Source: a virus. From it: a stretch of DNA of 64,000 bases. How positions within the stretch are numbered: the first letter of the stretch is position 1; every line of letters begins with the position of its first letter. The position numbers and the translations under genes are program-made. Below the pieces are notes generated by a model that saw only the letters and a program-made list of their open reading frames with translations, was not told the origin of the DNA and ran no database searches. The DNA is taken from the IMG/VR virus record IMGVR_UViG_3300025889_000085, positions 1 to 64,000 of that record. One strand, written 5' to 3'. This document shows, piece after piece, positions 1 through 10,459 of the stretch.

Positions 1-170
1 TAGTGGTAATTGTAATAATTCATGCTTTTACGTAGCAAATGGTCAAATTCTTCCTGTGGAAGTTCCCGGGCTCGTTCTGTGTCCCAAACTGGACCGTCTG
101 TGGGTTTACTGTGAAACGAAACTGCACGGGGTTTTTTTGCTTTTACTTTGACGCCTGCTACTGTAGCCAT
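1..170 (-). CDS. Hypothetical phage protein, 5' part only (runs off the left edge); not in the ORF track
   Basis: Manual translation from ATG at 170 gives MATVAGVKVKAKKPRAVSFHSKPTDGPVWDTERARELPQEEFDHLLRKSMNYYNYH..., open to the edge; AAGGA SD and a sigma70-type promoter upstream. Confidence 0.8.
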   Translation of the reverse strand, partial: MATVAGVKVKAKKPRAVSFHSKPTDGPVWDTERARELPQEEFDHLLRKSMNYYNYH

Positions 171-194
171 TTTTGATCCTTCTTGGAAAACTGT

Positions 195-223
195 ATTATA
201 ACAGATTTATCATTATAGTGCAA
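195..223 (-). promoter_or_regulatory. sigma70-type promoter for the truncated left-edge gene
   Basis: Minus strand TTGCAC (223-218), 17 nt, TATAAT (200-195), with a TGn extended -10. Confidence 0.75.
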
Positions 224-303
224 GTAATACCAAAGTACTACTCGAACTTTGGACTATTTACAGTTCAGACTGCCATAAATATAAGAATACTGGATTCTGA
301 CTT

Positions 304-1680
304 ATGCCAAGATTAAGCATGTGGCGTGACAACCACTCAAACGATTATAGATTTTTTGATAAACGCATTTCCGAAGAGTTTACTATCGGTGGCACCGGAG
401 TCTACTTACACAAATACATTGGCACGAACAGTCAGGCTAATGCCTATGCACTTACGTCAGAAGTCAGTGCCAATACAACAGTTTTAAGTTTTGCTAATGT
501 CAGCACTTTTGAACCAGGACAAACTGTACAGGGTATAGGTATTGCTGCAAATACCACTATCACTGTGGCTAATAGTACAGCAAACACAGTCACAATCAGT
601 GCCAATACCACAACCACAATAGCAAATGGTACACCTATTAGTGTTTATTGGAAAGATTGGGAACAGCCCGTATATCAGAATCAAAGTGCCCAAAACATAC
701 AGGACTTGTTGTTTTTAGAAAATAGAGATAGAAAGTATGACGAAGACGTTTATGTCATGCGCGGTATTTACACTGTTAACGACAATGATTTTGATTTGAC
801 ACAGTTTGGTTTATTCTTAAATGCAGACACAGTTTATATGACGTTTCACTTAAATGACATGATTGCTACGCTGGGACGTAAAATCATGTCAGGTGACGTT
901 ATTGAACTACCTCACAAAAAAGACTACTATCCTTTAGATGCCACAATTCCTGCAGTCCTAAAAAGATTTTATGTAGTACAGGACTGTACTTTTAGTTCAG
1001 AAGGATTCAGTCAAACTTGGTGGCCGCACTTATGGCGTATCAAAATGACTCCGCTAGTGGATGCACAAGAATACAAAGATATTCTCAACAACATCGCAGC
1101 CAGCGAAAACACTTCTGAAACAATTGGCAATGTGTCCAGTAACTTCAGTAAGTTGTTGCAAATAAACGATGCTATTATAGAACAAGCAGAACAAGATGTA
1201 GATAAAAGCGGTAACAATATGGATGAACTCTATATTGTCCCACTTACTCCAACAGGCGCTCCAGGCGATCCTACTGGTCTTGGTGCAGATAACTCAAACA
1301 CTTACGCAGGAAGTACTAGAACATTAGCAACAACAAGTCCAACTACTCCCAATGTTGCTATTCCTGCTTACTTAGGCGGTGATGGAACTGCTCCAAACGG
1401 ATTTACTGTAACTGCTGGTACTTCTTTCCCCGGAAGTCCAACAATCGGGCAATATGTATTAAGGACAGATTACGTGCCGAATAGATTATTCCGTTACGAT
1501 GGTGTTAGATGGATCAAAGTTGAAGACAATGTTCGCGCTAACTTGACTCCAGGTCCGGACAATAAGACACTACGCAGCATCTTTGTTAATGATACTACAA
1601 CTTACACTAATCAAGAAGGCGAAAGATTTCCAACACGCCAAAGCCTTAGCAAGGCGCTTACACCCAAGGCAGATAACTAA
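304..1680 (+). CDS. Neck/head-completion protein (T4 gp14-like) with an inserted Thr/Asn-rich beta domain
   Basis: 458 aa; IQDLLFLENRDRKY, FDLTQFGLFL and GDVIELPH motifs; directly upstream of a gp15-like gene; TAAATA at 276-281. Confidence 0.65.
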   Translation: MPRLSMWRDNHSNDYRFFDKRISEEFTIGGTGVYLHKYIGTNSQANAYALTSEVSANTTVLSFANVSTFEPGQTVQGIGIAANTTITVANSTANTVTISANTTTTIANGTPISVYWKDWEQPVYQNQSAQNIQDLLFLENRDRKYDEDVYVMRGIYTVNDNDFDLTQFGLFLNADTVYMTFHLNDMIATLGRKIMSGDVIELPHKKDYYPLDATIPAVLKRFYVVQDCTFSSEGFSQTWWPHLWRIKMTPLVDAQEYKDILNNIAASENTSETIGNVSSNFSKLLQINDAIIEQAEQDVDKSGNNMDELYIVPLTPTGAPGDPTGLGADNSNTYAGSTRTLATTSPTTPNVAIPAYLGGDGTAPNGFTVTAGTSFPGSPTIGQYVLRTDYVPNRLFRYDGVRWIKVEDNVRANLTPGPDNKTLRSIFVNDTTTYTNQEGERFPTRQSLSKALTPKADN

Positions 1681-3497
1681 TGGCTTTACAACAGTTTTTC
1701 TACGACAAACAAATACGCAGATATATTACGCAGTTTATACGTATGGTATCAAACTTTCAAGTAGAGTTTGGCAAAGACAGAAACAGCAATACTACACTTC
1801 AACGTGTGCCTGTAATATATGGCGACAGCAGTAGGCAGGCAGCAGCAATTCTAAAACAAAACAGTGAAAACTATTTAAACAGCACACCTGCTATGGCAGT
1901 ATACATTGCTGGAATGGAATATGATCGTAGTAGAATTATGAATCCCACTTACGTAGACAAAATGAACCTACGTGAACGTTATTATGATTCTCAGACTGGG
2001 CAACTGGCAACTACACAGGGTGATACTTTTACAGTAGAACGCTTGATGCCTGTGCCTTATAGACTGACTTTAAAATTAGACATTTGGACTAGCAACACTG
2101 AACAGAAACTCCAGATTCTGGAACAAATCTGTACATTATTCAACCCAGCACTAGAAATACAAAGCACAGACAACTACGTGGATTGGACCAGCATTACTTA
2201 TGTATTGTTAAGTGGTGTCAGTTGGAGCAGTCGAACTGTACCTGTGGGAACAGATACTAATATAGACATAGCAACATTGACATTTGAATTGCCAATTTAT
2301 ATCAGTGCTCCAGCGCTGGTCAAAACATTGGGTGTGGTACAAAAAATTATTGCCAGCATCTACGATGCAGACGGCAATATCGACACCGCAATATACGACG
2401 AAGCAAATCTACTTAGTAGACAATACCTCACACCTCTTGATTATGGTGTAATTTTACTAAACGATGAGTTACGTTTAGTAAAATACAATGATCCAGTCGA
2501 CGACAAATTTGGACAACAATACATTAAAGAACTTGCTGCTAATGTTAGTGCAAATGCTAATATTGTGTTAACAGATGCAGATGGTATTACCAGTGACATG
2601 TTAATTACTGGGTTAAGCCAACGCGGTACAGGCACTATAACTGCTAATACTGAAAGTACCACTATAACCGGTGTGAGCACTACATTTTCATCAGATATAC
2701 GTGCTGGATTTACAATAGTCAGTCAAGACAATATATCTTTAGGCACAGTATCTAATGTTGTTAGCAACACTGAAATTACTTTATCCGCCAACGCAAATGC
2801 TAATGTATCAGCAAACGCCTACAATTTTATCAACAATGTTACAACCCCAAATACTACAGTAGTAAGTGTAAATGGTATTACAGTATTAGCAAATGATTTA
2901 ATTACTGGTAACATAGGTGATAAGATTGTATTCAGCGAACGCATATATGAATATGGCGTAAATGAGCCATGGCGCAGTTTAATAAATGTTTATGGTAACT
3001 TAGTTAATGGTACTAGTCAAGTTCGTTTAGAATTAGCAGACGGCACAACAGAAGTTGTAGGTACAGTGGCTTACAACCCTGCCGATGACACTAGTTTGTT
3101 ATATACTGTAGATGTAGACACAATACCAGCCAATACACTTTCACCTATCAACGCAATTATTGATCCCCAAAGTTCAAGACCTAACCGAGATTTACAAAAA
3201 CTTGTTAATGGTACAAGATATTTGTTAGTTAATGACTACTCAAGTCCTGCAAATGTTGCAAACGTAGCAACTTACAACTGGGTCGGTGCAGACAATACCA
3301 GACTGGTGGCCAGTGCAAACGACATTATACAATTCAACGGGCAACATTGGGTCGTTATATTTGATGCAAGTGAACTAACTGATACATACTATGTAACCAA
3401 CATGACCACAGGTACACAGTATGCATGGAACGGTAATACTTGGGCCAAGAGTTACGAAGGTTTCTATGAGGCAGGTAAATGGCAACTGGTAATATAA
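1680..3497 (+). CDS. Tail sheath stabiliser / tail terminator (T4 gp15-like) with C-terminal extension
   Basis: 605 aa; FFYDKQIRRY, RVPVIYG, MPVPYRLTLKLDIWT and QILEQI..LFNP resemble gp15-family motifs; TAATG overlap with the upstream gene. Confidence 0.7.
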   Translation: MALQQFFYDKQIRRYITQFIRMVSNFQVEFGKDRNSNTTLQRVPVIYGDSSRQAAAILKQNSENYLNSTPAMAVYIAGMEYDRSRIMNPTYVDKMNLRERYYDSQTGQLATTQGDTFTVERLMPVPYRLTLKLDIWTSNTEQKLQILEQICTLFNPALEIQSTDNYVDWTSITYVLLSGVSWSSRTVPVGTDTNIDIATLTFELPIYISAPALVKTLGVVQKIIASIYDADGNIDTAIYDEANLLSRQYLTPLDYGVILLNDELRLVKYNDPVDDKFGQQYIKELAANVSANANIVLTDADGITSDMLITGLSQRGTGTITANTESTTITGVSTTFSSDIRAGFTIVSQDNISLGTVSNVVSNTEITLSANANANVSANAYNFINNVTTPNTTVVSVNGITVLANDLITGNIGDKIVFSERIYEYGVNEPWRSLINVYGNLVNGTSQVRLELADGTTEVVGTVAYNPADDTSLLYTVDVDTIPANTLSPINAIIDPQSSRPNRDLQKLVNGTRYLLVNDYSSPANVANVATYNWVGADNTRLVASANDIIQFNGQHWVVIFDASELTDTYYVTNMTTGTQYAWNGNTWAKSYEGFYEAGKWQLVI

Positions 3498-3913
3498 ATT
3501 CAAGTTGTGGTGCAATGATCTATTGCACCACTACAAAACGTTATCTATTCTTACTACGTAACGACGGCAAGTTTCCCGACACTTGGGGACTTGTGGGTGG
3601 CAAAATAGAACGTGGAGAAAGTATACTTGCGGGATTGCACAGAGAAATTAGTGAAGAACTAGGTGGCCGAATTGAAGGCGCCAAAGTTATTCCCATAGAA
3701 CAGTTTGTCAGCGACAACAAAAAATTTGTTTACCACACATTTTTAATCAAAGTAGAAGAAGAATTTGTACCAGACTTAAACCGAGAGCACAAAGGATTCT
3801 GCTGGGTGCCTTTGGAGTTCTTTCCAAAGCCATTGCACCCAGGCGTATTTAGAACTATCAGATTAGAAAAAAGTCGAAATAAGTTAAAGACGCAGGAAAA
3901 ACTTAAAAGTTAG
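3479..3913 (+). CDS. NUDIX hydrolase
   Basis: Nudix box GGKIERGESILAGLHREISEELG (GX5EX7REUXEEXG). Confidence 0.9.
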   Translation: MATGNINSSCGAMIYCTTTKRYLFLLRNDGKFPDTWGLVGGKIERGESILAGLHREISEELGGRIEGAKVIPIEQFVSDNKKFVYHTFLIKVEEEFVPDLNREHKGFCWVPLEFFPKPLHPGVFRTIRLEKSRNKLKTQEKLKS

Positions 3914-4455
3914 AATCTTCCAACTGCAACTTCAATTTCGCCAGGATCTTCTGTATCCTTACCGGTAATTGCTTTTCCAATTACAGCGCCACCGATATAC
4001 TGATCAGTAGATTGAGCATACCCTGGCACTTCACTGGTAATCATTAAATCACCCTGTTTAACAATACCGACGGCTTTGCAGGGACAACGTCCAGTTAGTG
4101 CAATGTAAGGATGTGTTTGATTTCTAGTGGCCAATTCACCTACATAAGCATTCATTTTATGGCTAGGTTGTGTACTAACAACTCCAAGTACTCTTGTGTC
4201 TGCAGGCTGTGAGGATTTAGTAATTTCCTGCATGCCGCCTAAAACAACAACATCACCTGGTTCTAAAGGAACATCTGTAGCGTAACGTTCTGCCAAGTCA
4301 GCGTATTTTGCATTGGGTTCAAATCCTCCTGCAGTAATACCGTCATGAATTCTGATACTGTCGTTGGTGATGTCTACCGAAAGTTCACCAGAGGCACCTG
4401 TAAATGCGTCATTTTGTGCTTCAGTTCCTCGTCTAAATTGTACTTGTGTTGGCAT
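3910..4455 (-). CDS. Small fibre-associated protein: Mtd_N-like N-terminus fused to a putative intramolecular chaperone domain
   Basis: N-terminal VQFRRGT...FTGASGELSVD...IRIHDG; C-terminal YADLAERY...PGDVVVLGG..EIT...GVVST.P, shared with the last ORF of the window. Confidence 0.6.
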   Translation of the reverse strand: MPTQVQFRRGTEAQNDAFTGASGELSVDITNDSIRIHDGITAGGFEPNAKYADLAERYATDVPLEPGDVVVLGGMQEITKSSQPADTRVLGVVSTQPSHKMNAYVGELATRNQTHPYIALTGRCPCKAVGIVKQGDLMITSEVPGYAQSTDQYIGGAVIGKAITGKDTEDPGEIEVAVGRF

Positions 4456-4485
4456 TTAATAAACTCCGTAAATATTTATCGTTTT

Positions 4486-7182
4486 TTATGTCAGGACTCC
4501 GAGATCAACTGTTTCTAAAGAACCTGAAGGATCGTTCATGTCGTAGTTAGGAATAAGCGGAATTAAAAAAGCATCGAATGACGAACTTTCCCCTACATAT
4601 GTTTCGCCTGATCCATAATCACTGTTACCAGCAGATCCTGGGAACGATGTTAATGTACTGTTAAAATAGCCACCAGCGCCGCCGCCGCCTGAACTGTAAG
4701 GATCACCGTTGCTCCAAAAAACACCATCACCTTCGATAATATAACTACTGGCGTTAACGTTTCCTGAGGCTATGTAGTTAGTTCCTGACACATTTCCACT
4801 TAATGTTAGTCCAGTTAGCGTACCAACTGATGTGATGTTTGTTTGTGCTGCTGTATCAAGTGTACCTGTTAACGTGGCTCCACTATTACCTATCTGTGCG
4901 GCTTCAACAGTTGTACCAGTCAGTGTTCCACTTAGTGTAAGTCCAGTTAATGTGCCTAAACTAGTAACATTGGTTTGTGCTGCTGTACTCAATGTACCAG
5001 TGAGAGTTGCTCCACTATTACCGATTGTAGCAGCTTCTACCGTTGTACCAGTTAGTGTACCCGATAAAGTTAAACCTGTTAAAGTTCCAAGTGAAGTGAT
5101 ATTTGTTTGGGCTGCGGTTTGTATTGTACCTGTCAGTGTAGCGCCTGAATTACCAATTGCAGCAGCATTTATGGTTGTACCGGTAAGTGTCCCACTTAGT
5201 GTCAATCCGGTTAATGTACCTAAACTGGTTATATTTGTCTGTGCTGCTGTTTGTATTGTGCCTGTTAGTGTTGCACCTGTGTTACCAATTGCGGCAGCAT
5301 TTATAGTTGTTCCTGTTAGCGTACCACTGAGTGTAAGTCCAGTCAGCGTACCTAAACTTGTAATATTTGTCTGAGCAGCAGTTTGCAATACACCAGTAAT
5401 GCTTGGCGCTTGAATAGCATCGAAATAACCAGTACTCCAATAGTTGCTGGTTCCTCCTAAACTCAAACTAGCGTTACCTGCAGGTGTTACACCAACATTG
5501 CTTTGCCAACTTGTAGTAGCGTGATTATATATCCAAGTTGCGACACCAACTCCACCGACATTACCTGCTAATATACCAGCACCGTCAATACCAGCACTAG
5601 TTGTTTGGTTATTGGCAACGATAATGTCTTTGTCATTTATTACAATAGTCCCACTATCAACGTAAGTTACGTTACCTGTAACTTGCAGATTGCCCTCAAT
5701 AACGACTAAACCATTTTGTCCTGCACTTGCTGGATCGATAGTAATTGTGTCGTGTGTGCTGGTAATACTGTTACTACCAATTGTAATCTCGCCTGTAGTA
5801 AGACTGGAACCTACACTAGTAATGTTTGGTTGCGAAGCTTCTGTTACATACTGAGCAGTGCCTGCTGTAGTAGCAGAAGTTGCAGTGCCAGCGCTACCAG
5901 TGCTGTCGGCGTAAGTGGCATTGGCTACTGTTCCGGTTACATTAGCACCTGTGATGCTGGTTAATGCGCTTCCGTCGCCAGTAAAAGCAGTAGCAATGAC
6001 ATTGCCAGCAGTTAAATTGCCAGTTGCTTTTTCAAACGTAAATCGTGTGGTGCCCGCATCTGTAATAATAAAACTTTGTGCGCCGGTTGCGAGGTCCAAC
6101 TCCATTGTGTTGGGAGTGCCATTGTAGAAGAACTTAGCGTCATCTGAATTACCAAACCTTAAATGGTCTACAGAAGAACTGCCATCTGAGAAATCAATAA
6201 CTCTTGCGTAAATGCTTGTACCAGATAGCGTAGTATAGTAAAGATAATTGGTGCCGGGGTTGTAATAAAGTCCTGAGTCAATACCCAACGATGCATTGCC
6301 TGTCGTAGCGCCACTTAGTGAAAACGGAATGTAATAGTTCGCTGATGTACCGGTTAGTGTTGTTACAACTGTAGTTGCTGCGGCTGCAGTTCCAGTTACG
6401 TCACCTGTCAATGATCCAACTAAACTTGCTCCACTATTACCAATTGTAGCGGCATTAATAGTTGTACCTGTTAGTGTTCCTGATAAAGTTAGCCCTGTTA
6501 ATGTGCCTAGTGAAGTGATGTTAGTTTGAGCAGCGGTGCTTAGTGTGCCAGTTAGTGTTGCACCTGAATTACCTATTTGTGCTGCCTCAATAGTTGTACC
6601 TGTCAGTGTTCCTGATAAAGTTAAACCGGTTAAAGTTCCAAGACTTGTAACATTGGTTTGTGCAGCGGTGCTTAATGTACCTGTAAGTGTTGCGCCGGTA
6701 TTACCAATTGTGGCCGCTTCTACCGTGGTGCCCGTTAGTGTCCCACTTAAAGTTAATCCGGTTAGTGTTCCTAGTGAAGTAATATTTGTTTGAGCGGCCG
6801 TACTTAATGTGCCAGTTAGTGTGGCACCACTGTTACCTATTTGTGCTGCTTCAACAGTTGTTCCAGTTAGCGTACCTGACAGAGTTAGCCCGGTTAGCGT
6901 ACCTAGGCTGGTTACGTTTGGTTGGCTTGCAGTATCTAAAGTACCAGTTAGTGTGGCGCCTGAATTGCCAATCTGTGCTGCTTCTACTGTTGTACCAGTA
7001 AACGTTCCAGTGGCGCTCAGTGTAGTAAATGCACCGGTGCTGGGAGAACTGTTACCGATTGGAATATCGTTAATAGCGCCGTCCGTTTTAAGTTTCCAAG
7101 CGGCACCGTTCCATATCCAGGTTTTTGTACCAAAGGTATAGGTGTCATTTAGACTGGGACTGTTTGGAAAATTTAAAGGCAT
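4486..7182 (-). CDS. Repetitive tail fibre/whisker-like structural protein (898 aa)
   Basis: About 10 copies of the 44-aa Thr/Gly repeat and one ~140-aa module shared with the 3710-aa protein. Confidence 0.75.
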   Translation of the reverse strand: MPLNFPNSPSLNDTYTFGTKTWIWNGAAWKLKTDGAINDIPIGNSSPSTGAFTTLSATGTFTGTTVEAAQIGNSGATLTGTLDTASQPNVTSLGTLTGLTLSGTLTGTTVEAAQIGNSGATLTGTLSTAAQTNITSLGTLTGLTLSGTLTGTTVEAATIGNTGATLTGTLSTAAQTNVTSLGTLTGLTLSGTLTGTTIEAAQIGNSGATLTGTLSTAAQTNITSLGTLTGLTLSGTLTGTTINAATIGNSGASLVGSLTGDVTGTAAAATTVVTTLTGTSANYYIPFSLSGATTGNASLGIDSGLYYNPGTNYLYYTTLSGTSIYARVIDFSDGSSSVDHLRFGNSDDAKFFYNGTPNTMELDLATGAQSFIITDAGTTRFTFEKATGNLTAGNVIATAFTGDGSALTSITGANVTGTVANATYADSTGSAGTATSATTAGTAQYVTEASQPNITSVGSSLTTGEITIGSNSITSTHDTITIDPASAGQNGLVVIEGNLQVTGNVTYVDSGTIVINDKDIIVANNQTTSAGIDGAGILAGNVGGVGVATWIYNHATTSWQSNVGVTPAGNASLSLGGTSNYWSTGYFDAIQAPSITGVLQTAAQTNITSLGTLTGLTLSGTLTGTTINAAAIGNTGATLTGTIQTAAQTNITSLGTLTGLTLSGTLTGTTINAAAIGNSGATLTGTIQTAAQTNITSLGTLTGLTLSGTLTGTTVEAATIGNSGATLTGTLSTAAQTNVTSLGTLTGLTLSGTLTGTTVEAAQIGNSGATLTGTLDTAAQTNITSVGTLTGLTLSGNVSGTNYIASGNVNASSYIIEGDGVFWSNGDPYSSGGGGAGGYFNSTLTSFPGSAGNSDYGSGETYVGESSSFDAFLIPLIPNYDMNDPSGSLETVDLGVLT

Positions 7183-7209
7183 CTCTTACTCTTTATCATA
7201 TTTATTTGG

Positions 7210-10098
7210 TTATGAGGTACTTAACTTATTGGGTAGAGCCGAGGTCGGTACCGAAGTTACATCTCTTGCTACACCTTTAGTGAATCTAATATCGTCTAAA
7301 TATCCATTCATTTCTTGAGTCGATGTCCCTGCTCTTGCACCCCAAAATCCTACGTCAAAACTGTTGCCCAACGCTGAAGTACTTGCTCCCACATTAGCCG
7401 TTGATCCTGATGTTCCTTGGTAAAGTGTAAGCGTTCCTGCTGCGGTTCTTACCAAAGCACAATAAGTCCATGTTTGCGCTGATATAGCAGTATCACTGTC
7501 TATAATATTACTATAGCCAGTGTTATTATCACCAAGGCTACTCATAACTGCGTAAGCACCTGTAGTATCTGTCACTGCCAAGTAACCTGACTTCCATTGT
7601 ATTCTAAGTGTTCTGCCTGTTCCAGAATTACAATACATCCACCATTCTAAAGTAAATGCTCCTGTGCCTGTAGTAATTAAAGTTGGTATGCTGGAAGTGC
7701 TGTGCCATAGACGCATATAATTAGATCCAGACGTGCCAAAATTAATTGAAGTATTTCCAAAATTTTTAACACTGTCACTGAGTGCCACGGTGGCGTTAAG
7801 ATTTATATTGTTGACACCAGAACCGTCGTAAATGTCAGCATCACTAAAAGGAACAGCAAGATAAGCAGACCCGCTGGCTAATGCACTTGATGGTGGCGTA
7901 AAGTTAGACGTATAAACTGCACTTTTTGTATATCTAAAATCGCTGAGCCATCCTTTAAATATTTCGTTAGGATTATCTGCATACCTTGAGGCTAATCTGA
8001 AAGTAGGAGTACCAGTAAATGATGGTGTGTTTGTATTAGTTGCTACACTCTGACCATTTAAGTATAATGTATTTGTTGTGCCGTTTCTAACCAAAGCAAC
8101 GTGTTGCCATACGCCTATTTTTGCAAGCCCAGTGGATGAAGTCGTAGTACCGTTAAATCCGTTAACCCAAAAAGCAATAGCCCCAGTTGAGCTGCTTGCA
8201 CCTACTATTGCAATACTATAGGATTGATTGGTATTAGTTCCTAATGTAAAAATGCCGTTCGTGTTATCAAACGTTCCATCTGGTTTAAACCAACACTCCA
8301 TTGTAAAATCACCAGTTGGTTTATGAGTTAAACTGGCTGATGAAGTTACATAATCTCCACTATCGTCAAAATACATTGCGCCGGCGTGGCTGGCAGGATC
8401 GTAGGCATTGTAAACAGGGCCAGCAGTCATTGGCGTTGAGGAGTTTGAATAAGGCCAACCTGTTACAGATGTAGCAAAAGCATTATCACTAATATCGCCC
8501 ATCCAAGGACCGGCATAAGCCAAGAACTCGGTATTTGCAATTTTTTCTAAACTGTGTGTAGGTGGATCAAACGCGGAAGTATACACAGCTGTGCCGTTAA
8601 CCAATCTTAGTTGGCAAATATACCCTTTAGGTGTATAACTGTAACTGGTGCTATACCCAACATAAAAAGTTCCGGAAAAATCAATTGTTGAACTGGATGT
8701 AGTTATTCCTACTTGTGCGCCATCACGATAGGCTTTTATGTTGTTTGATCCACTACCACTTTTTACGATTGCAAAATGGTGCCAGGCATTTCTTGTGCCG
8801 CCACTAAATGTAAGGTTTACTGTGCCGTCATACAAGTGCAATATGCCACCGCTGTCTCCATAGATTGCTGGTTTAGAGCCAAAGGAGCCGCCCATGATTC
8901 CATAATTGCCCCAAGTTGTATGATTGTTGTACCACCAAAACTCAAGCGTAAAATCGCCTGTACAGGTACAATTAGCATCAAGTGTCCAACTGTGATAAGA
9001 ACTGCCATCAAAATACACACTGGGAGGTGGTTCATAATATGGGCTGGCTGCGCCCGAATAAGGGTTGCCCGACACAGTCATAGTAATGCTATTACTGGAA
9101 TGATCAGTGACTACGCTATTGTCAGCAGTTTGTGCCGTAGCTATGCCTTGTATAAGTGCATTAGTATCAGCAAAATACGCATCACCCGTATCAGCAACAC
9201 TAATGGTCCACGTAATTGTTTTTGTAGCAGTTCTTGTAGTTGTATTAGCAGTAGCAGTCAACAGTGTGTACTCAGTTCCAACATCAGTTGGTGTGCCACT
9301 AATAGTGTCGCCTGAAAGACTTAAGCCATTTGGTAAACTATTTGCTGTGTAAACCACTCCATAACCTGCACCACTAGTGGCTACCAATGTTAAATTACTC
9401 ATGGCTGTATTCGCAGTTAAACTCTGTGCGTCGCTGGCAGGCAGACTCCAAGTAACTACATCAGTGTTTACCGTTAATGTAAATGAACGTAAAGCTGTCT
9501 GATTTTCTTCATCTTGTGCCTGAATGGTAAAACTGTAAGTTGTTGTATTACTGTCTACAGGTGCAGTTCCGGTTAAATTTCCAGTGTTAGCATCTAACGT
9601 AGCACCCGACGGCAAACTACCACTATAAAGACTATAAGTTATCGAATCACCACCTTCTTCTGCCACAAAAGTATTGTTTATACTGGTAGTTTCATAGTAT
9701 GGGCCAAGTTCGCTGTCTGCTGCCGGACTACTCCAAGTTGGCAGTCCGTCATAAACCAAACCTGGCACCAATGCTGCCGTGCCTCCATTTGGATTAGTTG
9801 CATATACAGTATAAGTCCCTGATGTTTTAGCAGGACTGGTAAAAGTTAGTGTAGTTGGTGTAATAGTTACAGAACCTATTTGTGCATTATCAACTCTTAC
9901 TGTTGCACCAGATTTAAAACCACTGCCTTGAAGTACTATTTCCTCGCCGCCTGCAGGATCGAGTTGTTTAACACTACCATCAACAGTATAACCAGTAATT
10001 TTTGGTATTAGATATTCTGTTTGGTTAAACTGTGATGCTAAAGAAACAATTCCCGTTTGATCGGCTGCTCGTTTTCCTTTAAGGCCTGAATTTCTCAT
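7210..10098 (-). CDS. Virion adhesin/receptor-binding protein: IPT/TIG + Ig-like repeats + three ConA/LamG-like domains
   Basis: GGEEIVLQGSGF...VYATNPNGG (IPT); LPSGATLD..TG.LTGT (Ig-like); three FT[LM]E.W...W.H.A.V domains. Start moved from 10149 to ATG 10098, just after the upstream stop. Confidence 0.75.
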   Translation of the reverse strand: MRNSGLKGKRAADQTGIVSLASQFNQTEYLIPKITGYTVDGSVKQLDPAGGEEIVLQGSGFKSGATVRVDNAQIGSVTITPTTLTFTSPAKTSGTYTVYATNPNGGTAALVPGLVYDGLPTWSSPAADSELGPYYETTSINNTFVAEEGGDSITYSLYSGSLPSGATLDANTGNLTGTAPVDSNTTTYSFTIQAQDEENQTALRSFTLTVNTDVVTWSLPASDAQSLTANTAMSNLTLVATSGAGYGVVYTANSLPNGLSLSGDTISGTPTDVGTEYTLLTATANTTTRTATKTITWTISVADTGDAYFADTNALIQGIATAQTADNSVVTDHSSNSITMTVSGNPYSGAASPYYEPPPSVYFDGSSYHSWTLDANCTCTGDFTLEFWWYNNHTTWGNYGIMGGSFGSKPAIYGDSGGILHLYDGTVNLTFSGGTRNAWHHFAIVKSGSGSNNIKAYRDGAQVGITTSSSTIDFSGTFYVGYSTSYSYTPKGYICQLRLVNGTAVYTSAFDPPTHSLEKIANTEFLAYAGPWMGDISDNAFATSVTGWPYSNSSTPMTAGPVYNAYDPASHAGAMYFDDSGDYVTSSASLTHKPTGDFTMECWFKPDGTFDNTNGIFTLGTNTNQSYSIAIVGASSSTGAIAFWVNGFNGTTTSSTGLAKIGVWQHVALVRNGTTNTLYLNGQSVATNTNTPSFTGTPTFRLASRYADNPNEIFKGWLSDFRYTKSAVYTSNFTPPSSALASGSAYLAVPFSDADIYDGSGVNNINLNATVALSDSVKNFGNTSINFGTSGSNYMRLWHSTSSIPTLITTGTGAFTLEWWMYCNSGTGRTLRIQWKSGYLAVTDTTGAYAVMSSLGDNNTGYSNIIDSDTAISAQTWTYCALVRTAAGTLTLYQGTSGSTANVGASTSALGNSFDVGFWGARAGTSTQEMNGYLDDIRFTKGVARDVTSVPTSALPNKLSTS

Positions 10099-10099
10099 G

Positions 10100-10459
10100 T
10101 TAAGACATTTCCTCGAATGAACATACTGCCTGTAAATCACCATCGGCACTGGCGGTGCATCTTAGTGCATCACCTTCAAGTAAATAAATTGTGCCAGTTT
10201 TGTCAATTGCATTAAATGCACTGTCTGCTGCTACCGCTACTGTTTTCACTATATGATATGCAGTACTACTGCGATATAAATCCACAGTGATATCAGCTGA
10301 ACTTGTGCCATCTATGTTTGAGATAATCAAACTGTTAATTTTGTAAATCTTTCCACTGTCAGCAGCGTTTTCAACTATAGCGGTGGCGCTTGTTGTACAA
10401 CTCTGTACTGTAGTGTTGCCATTTACTGTTGTTAGACCTAAGATATTAGGTGTAGCCAT
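10100..10459 (-). CDS. Small virion structural protein, coupled to the giant fibre gene
   Basis: 119-aa beta-rich ORF; TAATG overlap with the upstream stop; position within the fibre operon. Confidence 0.6.
   Translation of the reverse strand: MATPNILGLTTVNGNTTVQSCTTSATAIVENAADSGKIYKINSLIISNIDGTSSADITVDLYRSSTAYHIVKTVAVAADSAFNAIDKTGTIYLLEGDALRCTASADGDLQAVCSFEEMS

Noticed and set aside
10099-10149. ORF-track start of the LamG protein at 10149
   Set aside because: It overlaps the upstream gene by 50 nt; ATG 10098 directly after the upstream stop is more plausible
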